Source: an uncultured Gammaproteobacteria bacterium
GTDB taxonomy: Bacteria > Patescibacteriota > Microgenomatia > 2-02-FULL-39-11
Reading direction: 5' to 3'
Assembly: GCA_964520615.1 (NCBI GenBank)
Contig: CAZFNL010000011.1
Location: 1,123-65,122 of the forward strand
Length of the DNA: 64,000 nt
In this document: in pieces, positions 48,148 through 58,473 of the stretch
Position numbering within the stretch: the first letter of the stretch is position 1
Layout of the letters: each line of letters starts with the position of its first letter
Made by a program: the position numbers and the translations under genes
Notes under the pieces: generated by a model
Seen by the model: the letters and a program-made list of their open reading frames with translations, nothing else
The model's database searches: none
What the model was told of the DNA's origin: nothing

Positions 48148-49257
48148 CTAGGGGATCATCTTGCAGTTGGTATCCTGCATCTGGCACAAGATAAACTTAT
48201 GTATCTCGTCAAAATTGCCAGTCCTTGGCGCTAACACCCATTTCCCGTCGTACTGCCAGTCAGGAGGATTTACTAAAAATCCTTTCCTTCTGTTGGGAGC
48301 ATTTGATAAAATATCGCCTGCATCCAAAACCACTTTTCGCAAAGAACCATCTTTTAGTGTAGCAAAAAACCTTGCCATCTGTATCTTTTCAGACAGATTC
48401 ATATCGGTGAGGACAGTACTAATGAAAACATTTATTATCTCCACGACCCGACGGGGATCAGTCCAAAACGAAGGCTTCATCACCTTGTCTTTTATTGCCA
48501 GTATCACCTTCTGTTGCCTCTGGTCTCTGGCAAAATCAGTTCCCTCCTCCCCTTGCGCATGCCTGCTCCGGACAAATTTTAATGCTGTTGTACCATCCAT
48601 ATGTTGTAGACCGGTGTTAAAACGCACCGTCTCATATCTACAGGCAAATGTCATGTCACCGCCGCAAGCGTCATTTTCTTTGCCGGCAATAGGATACATT
48701 GTATCGGTAAAAGCTGTGGACACATTTATATCAACTCCGTCCAAAAGATCAATCAGCCTCTCAAACCCTGAAAAATCAACAAGCACGGCATAATGTACTG
48801 GTTGGCCTACCACTTCTTCAATAGCCGACTTTGCCAGTATGAAACCTCCTCCTTTTTCCTTTGCCTCCCCATAGTGATAAGCACTATTTATCTTATCCTT
48901 CAGGCTATCAAGCCAAATATCCCTGGGAATTGATACCATAAGTGCATCATGCTTTTTGAAATCAACACTGAGAAACATCATGGTATCGGTCAGATCTGCT
49001 CCCTCATGATTACCCCCTCCAATGCCCAAAACAGCAATGTTTGTCCTGCCCTGATATGATTTCAGAGTTGGCGTGGTGTTAAATATGATACTTGAAAAAA
49101 GGGATGGTGACAGATTATTGGCCACGGCAAACTGATACGCCGGAAAATATATTTTTATGAGGAATAATGCTGCTGCCAAAATAAAAATAGCCCCCAGTAT
49201 AGAGGCCTTCAGAACCGGCAGATATTTTTGGATCCTTCTCTTAAAATGATGAAGCAT
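48148..49257 (-). CDS. LCP (LytR-CpsA-Psr) family protein
   Basis: TDTMM, SIPRD, KINSAY, AL.FVRSRH, DFAR..RQQ.V. Confidence 0.93.
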   Translation of the reverse strand: MLHHFKRRIQKYLPVLKASILGAIFILAAALFLIKIYFPAYQFAVANNLSPSLFSSIIFNTTPTLKSYQGRTNIAVLGIGGGNHEGADLTDTMMFLSVDFKKHDALMVSIPRDIWLDSLKDKINSAYHYGEAKEKGGGFILAKSAIEEVVGQPVHYAVLVDFSGFERLIDLLDGVDINVSTAFTDTMYPIAGKENDACGGDMTFACRYETVRFNTGLQHMDGTTALKFVRSRHAQGEEGTDFARDQRQQKVILAIKDKVMKPSFWTDPRRVVEIINVFISTVLTDMNLSEKIQMARFFATLKDGSLRKVVLDAGDILSNAPNRRKGFLVNPPDWQYDGKWVLAPRTGNFDEIHKFILCQMQDTNCKMIP

Positions 49258-49921
49258 TGGAAACTATGTCAAAGAAACTTTGCGGGTCAAGACTGGAACC
49301 ACCTGGCAATACTCCATCGATACTTCCAAAAGACAAAAAACTGTTGGCATTTTCTGCTTTGACACTTCCGCCATAAATTACCGATTTTCCTGGATTCTTT
49401 TTTTTGATATATTCTGCTACTTCACCTGCTTTTTGCGGGCTCTCAGTCTTGCCAGTACCTATAGCCCAAACCGGCTCATAAGCCACGATATCAGCCTCAT
49501 TTGGTACTGGAGTTTCCGGCCCTGGAATGCAAAAAACTGTAATTAAACCGGCACTTTTGGCTCTTTTGGCTTTGTCAGAAAGAATATTATCTGTTTCTCC
49601 AAATTTTTCTCTTCTCTCCGAGTGACCAATAATGGCATACTGCGCAAACTCTTTTGCCATCCCTGCTGTCACTTCTCCTGTAAATGCTCCTTCAGCAAAT
49701 GGTGAAATATTCTGCACTCCCAGACCCAAAGGCAAACCATACTTATCCCTCAACTCTTTTGCCAACGGCAGAAGTACAAAAGGGGGACAAATTACTAGTG
49801 TCAGGTTTGCGGTAGAGATGGTGTCTTTTTGTCTGGAGTAAATATTGGTAAATTTGGCAAACCAGTCTCGCGTCTCCAGTAGATTCTTATTGGATTTCCA
49901 ATTGCCGATAATGTATTTCAT
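49241..49921 (-). CDS. tpiA: Triosephosphate isomerase
   Basis: GNWK, GAFTGE, IGHSERR, AYEPVWAIGTG, YGGSV. Confidence 0.97.
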   Translation of the reverse strand: MKYIIGNWKSNKNLLETRDWFAKFTNIYSRQKDTISTANLTLVICPPFVLLPLAKELRDKYGLPLGLGVQNISPFAEGAFTGEVTAGMAKEFAQYAIIGHSERREKFGETDNILSDKAKRAKSAGLITVFCIPGPETPVPNEADIVAYEPVWAIGTGKTESPQKAGEVAEYIKKKNPGKSVIYGGSVKAENANSFLSFGSIDGVLPGGSSLDPQSFFDIVSNASSF

Positions 49922-50016
49922 AAATCAGATTTGAAGAAAGATTATGTTATTATAGTTTATTGTAACATTAGGGATAGATGTCATAAATAGCGCAAATCTC
50001 AAATTCATACGCACCT

Positions 50017-50078
50017 TGTCATCCTCCGGCTTGTCTCGCCCGGCGGCATAGCCTTGCCGAAGTCGGGACCGGAGGACC
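50017..50078. repeat. Nested palindromic repeat remnant
   Basis: GTCATCCTCCGG...CCGGAGGAC enclosing CGGC..AGCCTTGCCG stem. Confidence 0.5.
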
Positions 50079-50116
50079 GAAATATTAATTATATATTTAA
50101 TGTTTTTATAGTATTT

Positions 50117-51964
50117 ATGCCCAACGACTCACTTTTATCGTCTCTCAACCCCGCTCAAAAAGAAGCGGTTCTAGCTACAAATGGTCCTATCCTTATTCTG
50201 GCCGGCGCAGGATCCGGAAAGACCAGAGTACTTACATATAAAGTGGCTTATCTGATTTTGGAAAAAGAAATACCGTCCGGAAACATACTCATGGTAACAT
50301 TTACCAATAAAGCTGCAGGGGAAATGAAGGATAGAATTACGTCACTTCTGAAAAAATCAGGAGATAAACACGTATCCGATCTGCCGTTTGCCGGCACTTT
50401 CCATTCACTCTGCGCCAGGATACTCAGGCATCATGGCCGGGCAATCGGCATCACTCCCGACTTTCTCATCTACGACAGCCAAGACACAAAAGATGCTATA
50501 AAGGAAGTTCTTGAGAACTTGGGTTTGGACCAAAAAAGGTTCCATCCTCCAGCTGTAGCAGCTACCATCTCCCAAGCCAAAAACGAACTTATTTCCGCCA
50601 TTGAGTACCAACAAATCGCCCGAGGTTATTTCCAGGAAAATATCGTTAAAGTTTATATCGGATACCAGAAACTTTTACGTGAAAACAACGCCTTGGACTT
50701 TGACGATCTGCTCTTTTTCACCGTAGAGCTTTTCCGAAAAGATAAAGAGACGGCCGGATATTACCAGAATTTATTCAAATATGTCCTTGTTGACGAATAC
50801 CAGGATACCAACCATGCCCAGTATGAATTGACCCGCCTTTTGTCTAAAAGATGGAAAAATATATGTGTAGTAGGGGATGCTTCCCAAAGCATCTATGCCT
50901 GGAGGGGGGCGGATTTCAGAAATATATTGCGCTTCAAGGAAGACTTCCCTTACTGTAAAGTATTTCATCTTGAGCAAAACTACCGCTCCACCCAAACAAT
51001 ACTTTCAGCTGCTTATTCTGTCGTCTCACGGAATAATTCACACCCCATCCTAAAATTATGGACTGAGAAAAATGGCGGCGATCTCATCACTTCATTCCAA
51101 GCCAGAAACGAGCAGGAAGAGGCTCTTTTTGTCATAGGAAAAATTACCGAGTCAAAATATAAAAACAGTCATTTGCACTACTCAGACTTTGCCGTACTTT
51201 ACCGGACCAACGCCCAAAGCCGAGTTCTTGAGGAAGCACTTCTTCATACCGGACTCCCGTATATACTGGTGGGCGGGGTCAGATTTTATGAAAGGAAAGA
51301 AATAAAAGATGTTCTCTCATATTTGAGACTTTTGATAAACCCAAAAGACAGCATTTCATACAGGAGAATAGAAAAACTGGGCAAAAAGAAAATGGCAAGG
51401 TTTATGGACTTTGCCGGGAATTTCAGAAATGAAATAAAAAAAGACAATCTCTCTTCACTTGAAGTGATGGATAAAACTCTGCAGGAAACGTCCTATCTTG
51501 ATCTTTACGACAAAAACAATGAAGAAGATCTTTACAGACTGGAAAATATAAAGGAACTTCGCTCTGTTGCTTCCCAATTCCCCAATCTTAATAATTTTCT
51601 GGAAAATGTGGCGCTTGTCGAACAGGAATACTTACCGGACCGGCCGGTAGAAAATAACAATAAAAAAGACGCCATAACACTTATGACTCTACATGCTGCT
51701 AAAGGTCTGGAATTTCGCAACATATTCATGGTTGGTATGGAAGAAGGCCTTTTCCCGCATGCCAGATCAATAATGGAACCGATGGAACTTGAGGAAGAAA
51801 GAAGACTTTGCTATGTTGGTATCACCCGAGCTATGGATAAACTTTACCTTACCTATACATCCAGAAGACTTTATTTTGGCCAAAGATCAGCTAATCCCGT
51901 CTCCCGTTTCTTACTGGATATTCCCCAGGAATTGCTACAGCAATCAACGGAACAGGTAATTTAA
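50117..51964 (+). CDS. pcrA: ATP-dependent DNA helicase PcrA/UvrD
   Basis: LNPAQ, AGAGSGKT, VDEYQDTN, LEQNYRS, TLHAAKGLEF, EERRL.YV..TRA; ATG 50117 preferred. Confidence 0.96.
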   Translation: MPNDSLLSSLNPAQKEAVLATNGPILILAGAGSGKTRVLTYKVAYLILEKEIPSGNILMVTFTNKAAGEMKDRITSLLKKSGDKHVSDLPFAGTFHSLCARILRHHGRAIGITPDFLIYDSQDTKDAIKEVLENLGLDQKRFHPPAVAATISQAKNELISAIEYQQIARGYFQENIVKVYIGYQKLLRENNALDFDDLLFFTVELFRKDKETAGYYQNLFKYVLVDEYQDTNHAQYELTRLLSKRWKNICVVGDASQSIYAWRGADFRNILRFKEDFPYCKVFHLEQNYRSTQTILSAAYSVVSRNNSHPILKLWTEKNGGDLITSFQARNEQEEALFVIGKITESKYKNSHLHYSDFAVLYRTNAQSRVLEEALLHTGLPYILVGGVRFYERKEIKDVLSYLRLLINPKDSISYRRIEKLGKKKMARFMDFAGNFRNEIKKDNLSSLEVMDKTLQETSYLDLYDKNNEEDLYRLENIKELRSVASQFPNLNNFLENVALVEQEYLPDRPVENNNKKDAITLMTLHAAKGLEFRNIFMVGMEEGLFPHARSIMEPMELEEERRLCYVGITRAMDKLYLTYTSRRLYFGQRSANPVSRFLLDIPQELLQQSTEQVI

Positions 51965-51966
51965 TC

Positions 51967-52446
51967 TTACTGGCAACTTACTACCTTTTCCAACCCTACG
52001 TTGTAAGTGTAATTTTTTCCCTGTGACTGAAGAACTATGATATACCCCGGAGTTATCACCTGGGAATACATTTGGTTTCTTTTAGGACAACCAAGACTCG
52101 TGTCGTTCCAATTCTTTTGAGTTATACTGATCACTTGGATATCATTGGCAGACATGTCAAGCTTTTTAGCCAAATCAGCTTTTGCCATACCGGTATAAGT
52201 ATCCTGCTTCAGGTTGCCTCCATATGGAACAATATCCGCCGGAGTGGGCGTAGGAATTGGAGTTGAGGTTGGTACTGCGCCCAACAATACTTTCGCAGCT
52301 GTTATTACACCGCCTCCGGAAACGGCATTCAGAATGACTACTACCACCAAAATTACTCCCGCAATGATCCATTTGGACCTCAATACTGGTTTTGATTTCC
52401 TTTTGACCGGTTTTCTTGCTATTTTTGTTTTGGTTTTGGTTTTCAT
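51967..52446 (-). CDS. Membrane-anchored protein with W.D.SLGCP..Y.QVITPGY domain
   Basis: Basic N-terminus, TM, PT linker, conserved Cys-containing domain of unknown function. Confidence 0.7.
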   Translation of the reverse strand: MKTKTKTKIARKPVKRKSKPVLRSKWIIAGVILVVVVILNAVSGGGVITAAKVLLGAVPTSTPIPTPTPADIVPYGGNLKQDTYTGMAKADLAKKLDMSANDIQVISITQKNWNDTSLGCPKRNQMYSQVITPGYIIVLQSQGKNYTYNVGLEKVVSCQ

Positions 52447-52527
52447 GCTTGAATTTAAGTATATATCACTACCAATTATTCATATAATAACATAAAATAA
52501 CATTTGTGAAGTGTCCCTTATAAATAT

Positions 52528-53535
52528 ATGGATATAAAGTCAGTTTCCGAAAAAGACAGAATTGTATTTGACAAACTGGCCACCCACCCTCTACAGTCAT
52601 GGGAATGGGGGGAATTTCGCAAAAAAACAGGAATTGACGTAGCAAGACTGGGCAGATTTGACAACGATAAGCTTGTAGAGACAGCTCAGATCACTTTCCA
52701 TAAACTTCCAACCACAAACTATACCATAGGCTATCTGCCAAAATGCGGCCGAATAAGTACTGAAATGCTTATGAGATTGAGTGCATTGGGTAAAGAAAAA
52801 AACTGTATCTTCATCAAATTTGAGCCGAATATCGAAAAAAAAAATTGGAAACTTAACATTGTCGCCTCCCCCCACCCACTTTTTACTAAATACACTTTCC
52901 AACTTGATATCTCAAAATCCGAAAAAGAACTTTTGTCTGTTATGCATCCCAAAACCAGATACAACATCAAGGTTGCCCAAAAGCACAGTGTGACCGTGAC
53001 GGAAGATAACTCAAAGGAGGCTTTTAAGAAGTACCTGGAACTTACTTTTGAAACCACCAGAAGGCAAAAATTCTATGCGCATAATGAGCGTTATCATACT
53101 CTCATGTGGGAGACGCTACACCCCTGTGGCATCGCCCATCTTTTGACCGCCAGTTTTGAAGATATGGACCATAAACATATTCTTGTGACGTGGGTTCTTT
53201 TTCTTTTCAATAAAGTTATTTATTATCCATACGGCGCCTCAAGCGACAGTTTCCGAAACGTCATGGCCTCAAACCTTATGATGTGGGAAGCAATAAGATG
53301 GGGTAAAAAAATGGGCGCAAAGAAATTTGACATGTGGGGCGCACTAGGCCCAAACCCCTCTCCCAATGACTCATGGTATGGATTCCACAGGTTCAAACAG
53401 GGATACGGGGCAACACTGGTAGAATTTGCGGGAAGTTTTGATATTGTGATACACCCGGCCGCATATAAAATCTTCAACATTTTGCATGCTGGCAGGGAAA
53501 TCTTTCTGAAAATAAGAAGCAACTTCCGCAACTAA
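52528..53535 (+). CDS. FemABX-family peptidyltransferase
   Basis: HPLQSWEWGEF, KTRYNI..A, YPYGAS, FD.WG, GF.RFK.G.G. Confidence 0.9.
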   Translation: MDIKSVSEKDRIVFDKLATHPLQSWEWGEFRKKTGIDVARLGRFDNDKLVETAQITFHKLPTTNYTIGYLPKCGRISTEMLMRLSALGKEKNCIFIKFEPNIEKKNWKLNIVASPHPLFTKYTFQLDISKSEKELLSVMHPKTRYNIKVAQKHSVTVTEDNSKEAFKKYLELTFETTRRQKFYAHNERYHTLMWETLHPCGIAHLLTASFEDMDHKHILVTWVLFLFNKVIYYPYGASSDSFRNVMASNLMMWEAIRWGKKMGAKKFDMWGALGPNPSPNDSWYGFHRFKQGYGATLVEFAGSFDIVIHPAAYKIFNILHAGREIFLKIRSNFRN

Positions 53536-53556
53536 CTGAAAAACAAATTTCCGTCT

Positions 53557-55227
53557 ATGATTACCTACTTTAATATCCGCAGACATATCAATCTGTTTTT
53601 GGTTTTGGCTGTTGTTTTTCTCTGCATTGCTACATATATAAATATCCTGCCAAATAAGCTTTTTTTTGACGATGAAGAGTTGATATACAAGAACTACTAC
53701 GTGCAAAACCTGAAATATCTGCCTCAATACTTTACCCAAAATATGATTGCCGGAGCGGGCAAGATAAGCAATATGTATCGGCCTATCCTTCTTACTTCTT
53801 TTGCCGCAGACTACGCAATATGGAAAGATAATCCTATCGGTTTTCACCTGACCAGTATCGTCCTCCATTCTATAAATGCTGTTTTATTTTTTTTTCTGAC
53901 TTTGAAATTGTTTGGCAACAAATTTATCGCATTTTTTTCCTCTCTTCTTTTTGCGGTACACCCGGCACTTTCTGAAGCGGTCATCTATGCCTCTGGCAGG
54001 ACCGACCCATTATACGCGTTCTTCATGCTCTGCAGCCTCCTACTCTTTATCTCCTGTCTGGAAAAGAAAAAAAAGGGGTGGGCAAGATATACCGTTTCAA
54101 TCCTGTTTTTTATTCTGTCGCTTCTGTCAAAGGAAACAGCCATAGTGTTTCCCCTTATTCTTCCGCTCGTTATCCTCGCTTTTCTACATACCAAAAATAT
54201 TAAAGAGCTAAATGACAAAAAAACACGCCTGGTAAACCTAAAGTTTAACAATCTTAATGTTCTGCTTAAAACAGGTATATTATCTCTACCTTTCTTCACC
54301 ATCAGTTTTATTTACTTTATTTTGCGGTTAACAATCCTAAACTTTGCTGACACTTTAAATTTTTATCTAAATAATGCGGGTACAACTGGCGCATCTACGG
54401 CTTCTTTATACAGCCAAAATCTTCCAGTACGTCTCTACACTTTCTCCAAAGTTTTTTTTGATTATGCCGGTCTTATATTTTTCCCCAACTATCTTGCCAT
54501 TGCCAGAACTCCCCAAATAATTACAACAATTTTCAATCATTGGGTCATCCTGTTTATTTTTGCCGTCACTATTTTTGTTATCGTCGCCAAACGCAATTGG
54601 CCCAAAAACGGCATCATCGCTTTTGCCCTTTTGTGGTTTTTCATCCTTATTTTGCCTGTTTCAGGTATCATCCCTATAAATAATATTGAGTCTGAGCATT
54701 ATCTTTATCTACCCTCATTATCTTTTTTCGTCATCATCTCCTATTTCGTCTATTTTATATGGCAAAGAGTAAGATCTTCTGAGATAAAAACAGCTTTTGC
54801 CATGCTCCTTATTATCATCACTCTACTACTATCCCTGCGGACAGTCGCAAGGACTTTTGATTGGCGGGATCCAGTCACTTTTTACAACATCGCTCTTTCC
54901 CAATCTCCCGGCAACCTGCCTATCCAAAACAACTTGGCAATGGCTTATGAGGAAAAAGGGGATATCAGTCTGGCAATTGAGCAGTATAAAAATATTATCG
55001 CCGTGGGAGATTTTTATCCCAATATCCACCACAACCTGGCCAATGCTTATGTAAAGCAAGGTGAATATAAGAAGGCCGAAACTGAGTACAAAAAAGCTCT
55101 TTCAATGGATCCGAAATTCTACTTCAGTTACTACGGATTACTTGATCTTTACCAAAAAACGGGCAATGCTTCAAAAGCAGCTGAAATGAAATCCGTTATT
55201 TATAGACTGCAAAAAGTACAGCAATAA
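53557..55227 (+). CDS. TMTC-like GT-C glycosyltransferase with C-terminal TPRs
   Basis: FFDD, YRP, FH...I.LH..N, LFAVHP...EAV....GR.D, SKE.A, EHYLYLP, TPR helices. Confidence 0.85.
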   Translation: MITYFNIRRHINLFLVLAVVFLCIATYINILPNKLFFDDEELIYKNYYVQNLKYLPQYFTQNMIAGAGKISNMYRPILLTSFAADYAIWKDNPIGFHLTSIVLHSINAVLFFFLTLKLFGNKFIAFFSSLLFAVHPALSEAVIYASGRTDPLYAFFMLCSLLLFISCLEKKKKGWARYTVSILFFILSLLSKETAIVFPLILPLVILAFLHTKNIKELNDKKTRLVNLKFNNLNVLLKTGILSLPFFTISFIYFILRLTILNFADTLNFYLNNAGTTGASTASLYSQNLPVRLYTFSKVFFDYAGLIFFPNYLAIARTPQIITTIFNHWVILFIFAVTIFVIVAKRNWPKNGIIAFALLWFFILILPVSGIIPINNIESEHYLYLPSLSFFVIISYFVYFIWQRVRSSEIKTAFAMLLIIITLLLSLRTVARTFDWRDPVTFYNIALSQSPGNLPIQNNLAMAYEEKGDISLAIEQYKNIIAVGDFYPNIHHNLANAYVKQGEYKKAETEYKKALSMDPKFYFSYYGLLDLYQKTGNASKAAEMKSVIYRLQKVQQ

Positions 55228-55230
55228 ATT

Positions 55231-56178
55231 ATGACTGATATCAGACAATCAAGGTTTTTTGCAAATTTTATGAAGGATTTAGGCTGGAAAACCGAAAAAA
55301 TAAAAAATTCTTACGTATACCTGCGCCGTTTTCCACTTCTGGGATATTTTGCCAAAGTACCCAAAATCACTCCTCCCCTGCCCCTCACTGAAATAGACGC
55401 ATTAAGGTTAAAATATAATATCTTTCAGATAATGGTCGCGCCTGACATCCCTACTGACAACAGGCAATATAAAATACTCCTCAGACAACTTGAAGTAAAA
55501 AAATTCAAGGTGGATATAAGTCCCTTTAATCCCACCACAGATATTCGATTTGATCTGGCAATTGATGAAAAAGATATTTTTTCCCGTTTTGCTGAGGCAA
55601 AAAGGAGAGGTGTAAGACGCGCCATAAAAAACCACATTACGGTAATTGAATCAGATGACTTTGAATCTTTCATAAAGATAAGGAAAAAACAGTACTCACC
55701 GGTCGGTTTCCTTGTTGCCCCGGAGATGCGCAAACTCTGGAGAAATTTTTATCCTGCAAATGCCTCTTTGTTATTGGCCTACTCAAATACTGATACTAGC
55801 ACTCACGATGTCTTTTCCAAGATCCCAAAACAAGTAAAACTTCTAACGGGAAAAAACAAACCGGAACCGGTAGCCGGCATCCTTCTGCTTTTTTATAATA
55901 GCGTTGCGTACTACTGGTATGCCTCGGCACTAAAAAAAGGTAAGAGACTATTTGCCCCGACACTTTTGGTCTGGCAAGCGCTCAGAATTTCCCAAAAAAG
56001 AGGTTGTAAAGAATTTACATTTGAAGGAATATATGATGAAAGGTTCCCCAAAGCCGCCAAATCATGGAAAGGTTTTACCAAATTTAAGGAAGGTTTCGGC
56101 GGGAAAAAAGTAGTTTATATGGAAAACTTTTCCCAAATCACCAATCCAGTTTTTAACCTACTACACTTCGTTATGTAG
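55231..56178 (+). CDS. FemABX-family/GNAT protein
   Basis: DIRQS, RRGVRRA.K, AYYWYA, LLVW.A....K.RG, GFTKFKEGFGG. Confidence 0.8.
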   Translation: MTDIRQSRFFANFMKDLGWKTEKIKNSYVYLRRFPLLGYFAKVPKITPPLPLTEIDALRLKYNIFQIMVAPDIPTDNRQYKILLRQLEVKKFKVDISPFNPTTDIRFDLAIDEKDIFSRFAEAKRRGVRRAIKNHITVIESDDFESFIKIRKKQYSPVGFLVAPEMRKLWRNFYPANASLLLAYSNTDTSTHDVFSKIPKQVKLLTGKNKPEPVAGILLLFYNSVAYYWYASALKKGKRLFAPTLLVWQALRISQKRGCKEFTFEGIYDERFPKAAKSWKGFTKFKEGFGGKKVVYMENFSQITNPVFNLLHFVM

Positions 56179-56943
56179 TTTTAGCCATTTTGTGTCTATA
56201 TCCGGAAACTGGGCAGAAACTTTATCCATAAGAGCCCGCAGTCCGAAAACTTCAGTCGCATAGTGTCCTCCGGCAATAAGATGGACTCCTGCTTCACGAA
56301 ATAGCTCCCTGTTCCACTCGTGCACTTCACCGGTGACGTAAAGGTCCACTTTTTCGTCTATCAAATCCTGTATTTCGGATGCTCCGGGAGCACCTTTACC
56401 GGACAGTGCCACAACTTTTTTAACCTTTTCCGGCCCAAAATCATAGACGGTAAGGCGTTTACTCAAATAGGGTCTAAGGTTCCCAATGATATTTTCCAGT
56501 GTTTGCGGTTTTTCAAAGACTCCCGTCCATCCCCAGGGATATCCATGGAAGAAATATTGCGCTTCCTTTTTTGCGCCAACCGTTTCCAGAATTTGGGCAT
56601 TGTTTCCCACCTGCGGGTGGGCATCCAGAAGAAAATGGTAACCGAAAAGTGATATGTCGTTTTGCAAAAGATATCCTATCCGGTTTTGGAAAATTTCATC
56701 ATAGCGGTTTGTCGGCGGCAGATTAAAAGAATGATGTACGACAATTGCGTCACAATTTTCTTTTTGGGCCAGACCAAAAAGTTCCAGTGAAGCTGAAACA
56801 CCAAAGCCTACTTTTTTCACTTCCTCCCTACCCTTTACCAGAAGACCGTTTGTCATGTACGGATCTATAACTGCAGTATCCATCTTCTTGTCAAAAAGAA
56901 GATAACCGTCAAGAAACTTTTGCATTTGTGAGAGATAAATCAT
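56161..56943 (-). CDS. Nif3-like dinuclear metal-centre protein
   Basis: NGL.V.G, VHH, YH..LDAH..VGNN, TGE, GHYATE.FG. Confidence 0.93.
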   Translation of the reverse strand: MIYLSQMQKFLDGYLLFDKKMDTAVIDPYMTNGLLVKGREEVKKVGFGVSASLELFGLAQKENCDAIVVHHSFNLPPTNRYDEIFQNRIGYLLQNDISLFGYHFLLDAHPQVGNNAQILETVGAKKEAQYFFHGYPWGWTGVFEKPQTLENIIGNLRPYLSKRLTVYDFGPEKVKKVVALSGKGAPGASEIQDLIDEKVDLYVTGEVHEWNRELFREAGVHLIAGGHYATEVFGLRALMDKVSAQFPDIDTKWLKLHNEV

Positions 56944-56948
56944 AATGT

Positions 56949-57170
56949 CTATCTGTGAAATAGATTTTCTATTTTTACATCCAGTTTTCCGGCGATTTTC
57001 ATCAACAGTTTGAGAGAGGGACTCTCCCTGCCTTGCTCTATATATCCCATATACACTCTACTTATTCCCAATCTAGCAGCAAATTCTTCTTGAGTAAAGT
57101 CTTTCTGTTTTCTCAACTTTTGAATTTTTTTACCTAATATTTCCAGAGCTCTTGCATTACTTCCCCGCAT
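56949..57170 (-). CDS. XRE-family HTH regulator
   Basis: G.KI..LR......QEE.A...GISR.YMG.IE.G...PSL..L..IA..L. Confidence 0.92.
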   Translation of the reverse strand: MRGSNARALEILGKKIQKLRKQKDFTQEEFAARLGISRVYMGYIEQGRESPSLKLLMKIAGKLDVKIENLFHR

Positions 57171-57306
57171 ACAGATAATTTTCTGTGCTGGAAGTCTGAT
57201 AGTCTACTAAGTATAACTAAGCAATTAGCCTCAAATTACTACTTGAAACTCACGCTAAGAAATACTAAGATTTTTTTAGTAGGCAAACCAATTCTGTAGT
57301 AAATTT

Positions 57307-58443
57307 ATGAACAAACATTTGCTTTTATCAGACGGGTTTGTAGTACTGTTTGTAATCGGCTTTTTCTCCTTTGCTCTCTTCTCTTTTCCCACTAAAGTAT
57401 CTGCCACAGACTATCTCTTCGGCTCAGACGGTACAAATTTCTTCATCAAGCCCAAAGGCAGCAGCAATATCTTCCAGATGGACTCTACCGGCCACATCTC
57501 CACCGCTACGATAAATGCCTCAAATATATCTTCAGGACAATTCGGCTCAAACACAGGCGGAGGAAACTATGTTTTTTCCGGCAACGTCGGCATCGGGACG
57601 ACAGGACCGGTATACAAATTGGATGTGCAAGGTGGAGACATAAATGCTGCAAACAATTTGCGTGAGGGTGGCACTGCCATGTCCAGTAAATATGCCTATG
57701 TCGGCGGCGGAAATGCCTCAGGAACCTGGGGAATCAACGTCACAGGCAATGCGGCCACAGTAACAAATGGCATCTACACCACTAATATCGGCAGTTATGC
57801 TCCTTCGCTCACCGGAGGCGGAGCGTCAGGAACGTGGGGGATAAATGTTACGGGTAGCGCCGGAAGTGTCGCCTGGGGAAACGTCACCAGCAAACCATAT
57901 CCTGTCAACGGACAAAGCTGGAACTGGTCGGGACAAGGTGGACAACCAACCTGGCTGTGGGGAAGTAATGACGGTACAAATATGTATGTTTGGAACCCAA
58001 GCAACTTCAGTGTCAATTATGCCAACAGCGCAAACAGTGCTACCTATGCCACTTATATCAATGATGACAGTTACAATGCTAAACTTCATTGGTCAGGCCA
58101 AGGTGGACAACCAACCTGGCTGTGGGGAAGTAATGACGGACAAAACTTCTATGTCTGGAATCCAAGTAATTTCAACGTGAATAATGCCCTACATTCTGCA
58201 ACGATGGTTTGGGGCTTTAATGTTGGTCATGGCGTATGGACAACTGCAACTTGTCCTGCGGGACAAACTATTATAAGTGCCAAAAATATTGGTTATGGAA
58301 ACTGTGACTGGAATCCCGGATGGTGTCACCAGAATTTTTCCGGTTCCAGTGTCAATCAACGTGAAGATTGCAAAGGCGCAACTAGTTGTAGTCAAATATC
58401 ATGGGGGTGTTCGGGTAATTGCATAAATATAGTCTGTGATTAG
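57307..58443 (+). CDS. Secreted fibre/adhesin-like protein with tail-fibre-type repeats and Cys-rich tip
   Basis: Signal peptide, GNVGIGTT.P.YKLDV.G, 2x ASGTWGINVTG, 2x WSGQGGQPTWLWGSNDG, eight-Cys C-terminus. Confidence 0.7.
   Translation: MNKHLLLSDGFVVLFVIGFFSFALFSFPTKVSATDYLFGSDGTNFFIKPKGSSNIFQMDSTGHISTATINASNISSGQFGSNTGGGNYVFSGNVGIGTTGPVYKLDVQGGDINAANNLREGGTAMSSKYAYVGGGNASGTWGINVTGNAATVTNGIYTTNIGSYAPSLTGGGASGTWGINVTGSAGSVAWGNVTSKPYPVNGQSWNWSGQGGQPTWLWGSNDGTNMYVWNPSNFSVNYANSANSATYATYINDDSYNAKLHWSGQGGQPTWLWGSNDGQNFYVWNPSNFNVNNALHSATMVWGFNVGHGVWTTATCPAGQTIISAKNIGYGNCDWNPGWCHQNFSGSSVNQREDCKGATSCSQISWGCSGNCINIVCD
57934..58139 (+). repeat. Intragenic 41-bp exact direct repeat
   Basis: CAAGGTGGACAACCAACCTGGCTGTGGGGAAGTAATGACGG at 57934-57974 and 58099-58139. 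Confidence 0.9.
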
Positions 58444-58473
58444 TTGTTTCTCAACATTAGGATGCGAAGTAAA

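Noticed and set aside
50054-50116. N-terminal extension of PcrA
   Set aside because: Starts inside a palindromic repeat; the family-typical start is ATG 50117
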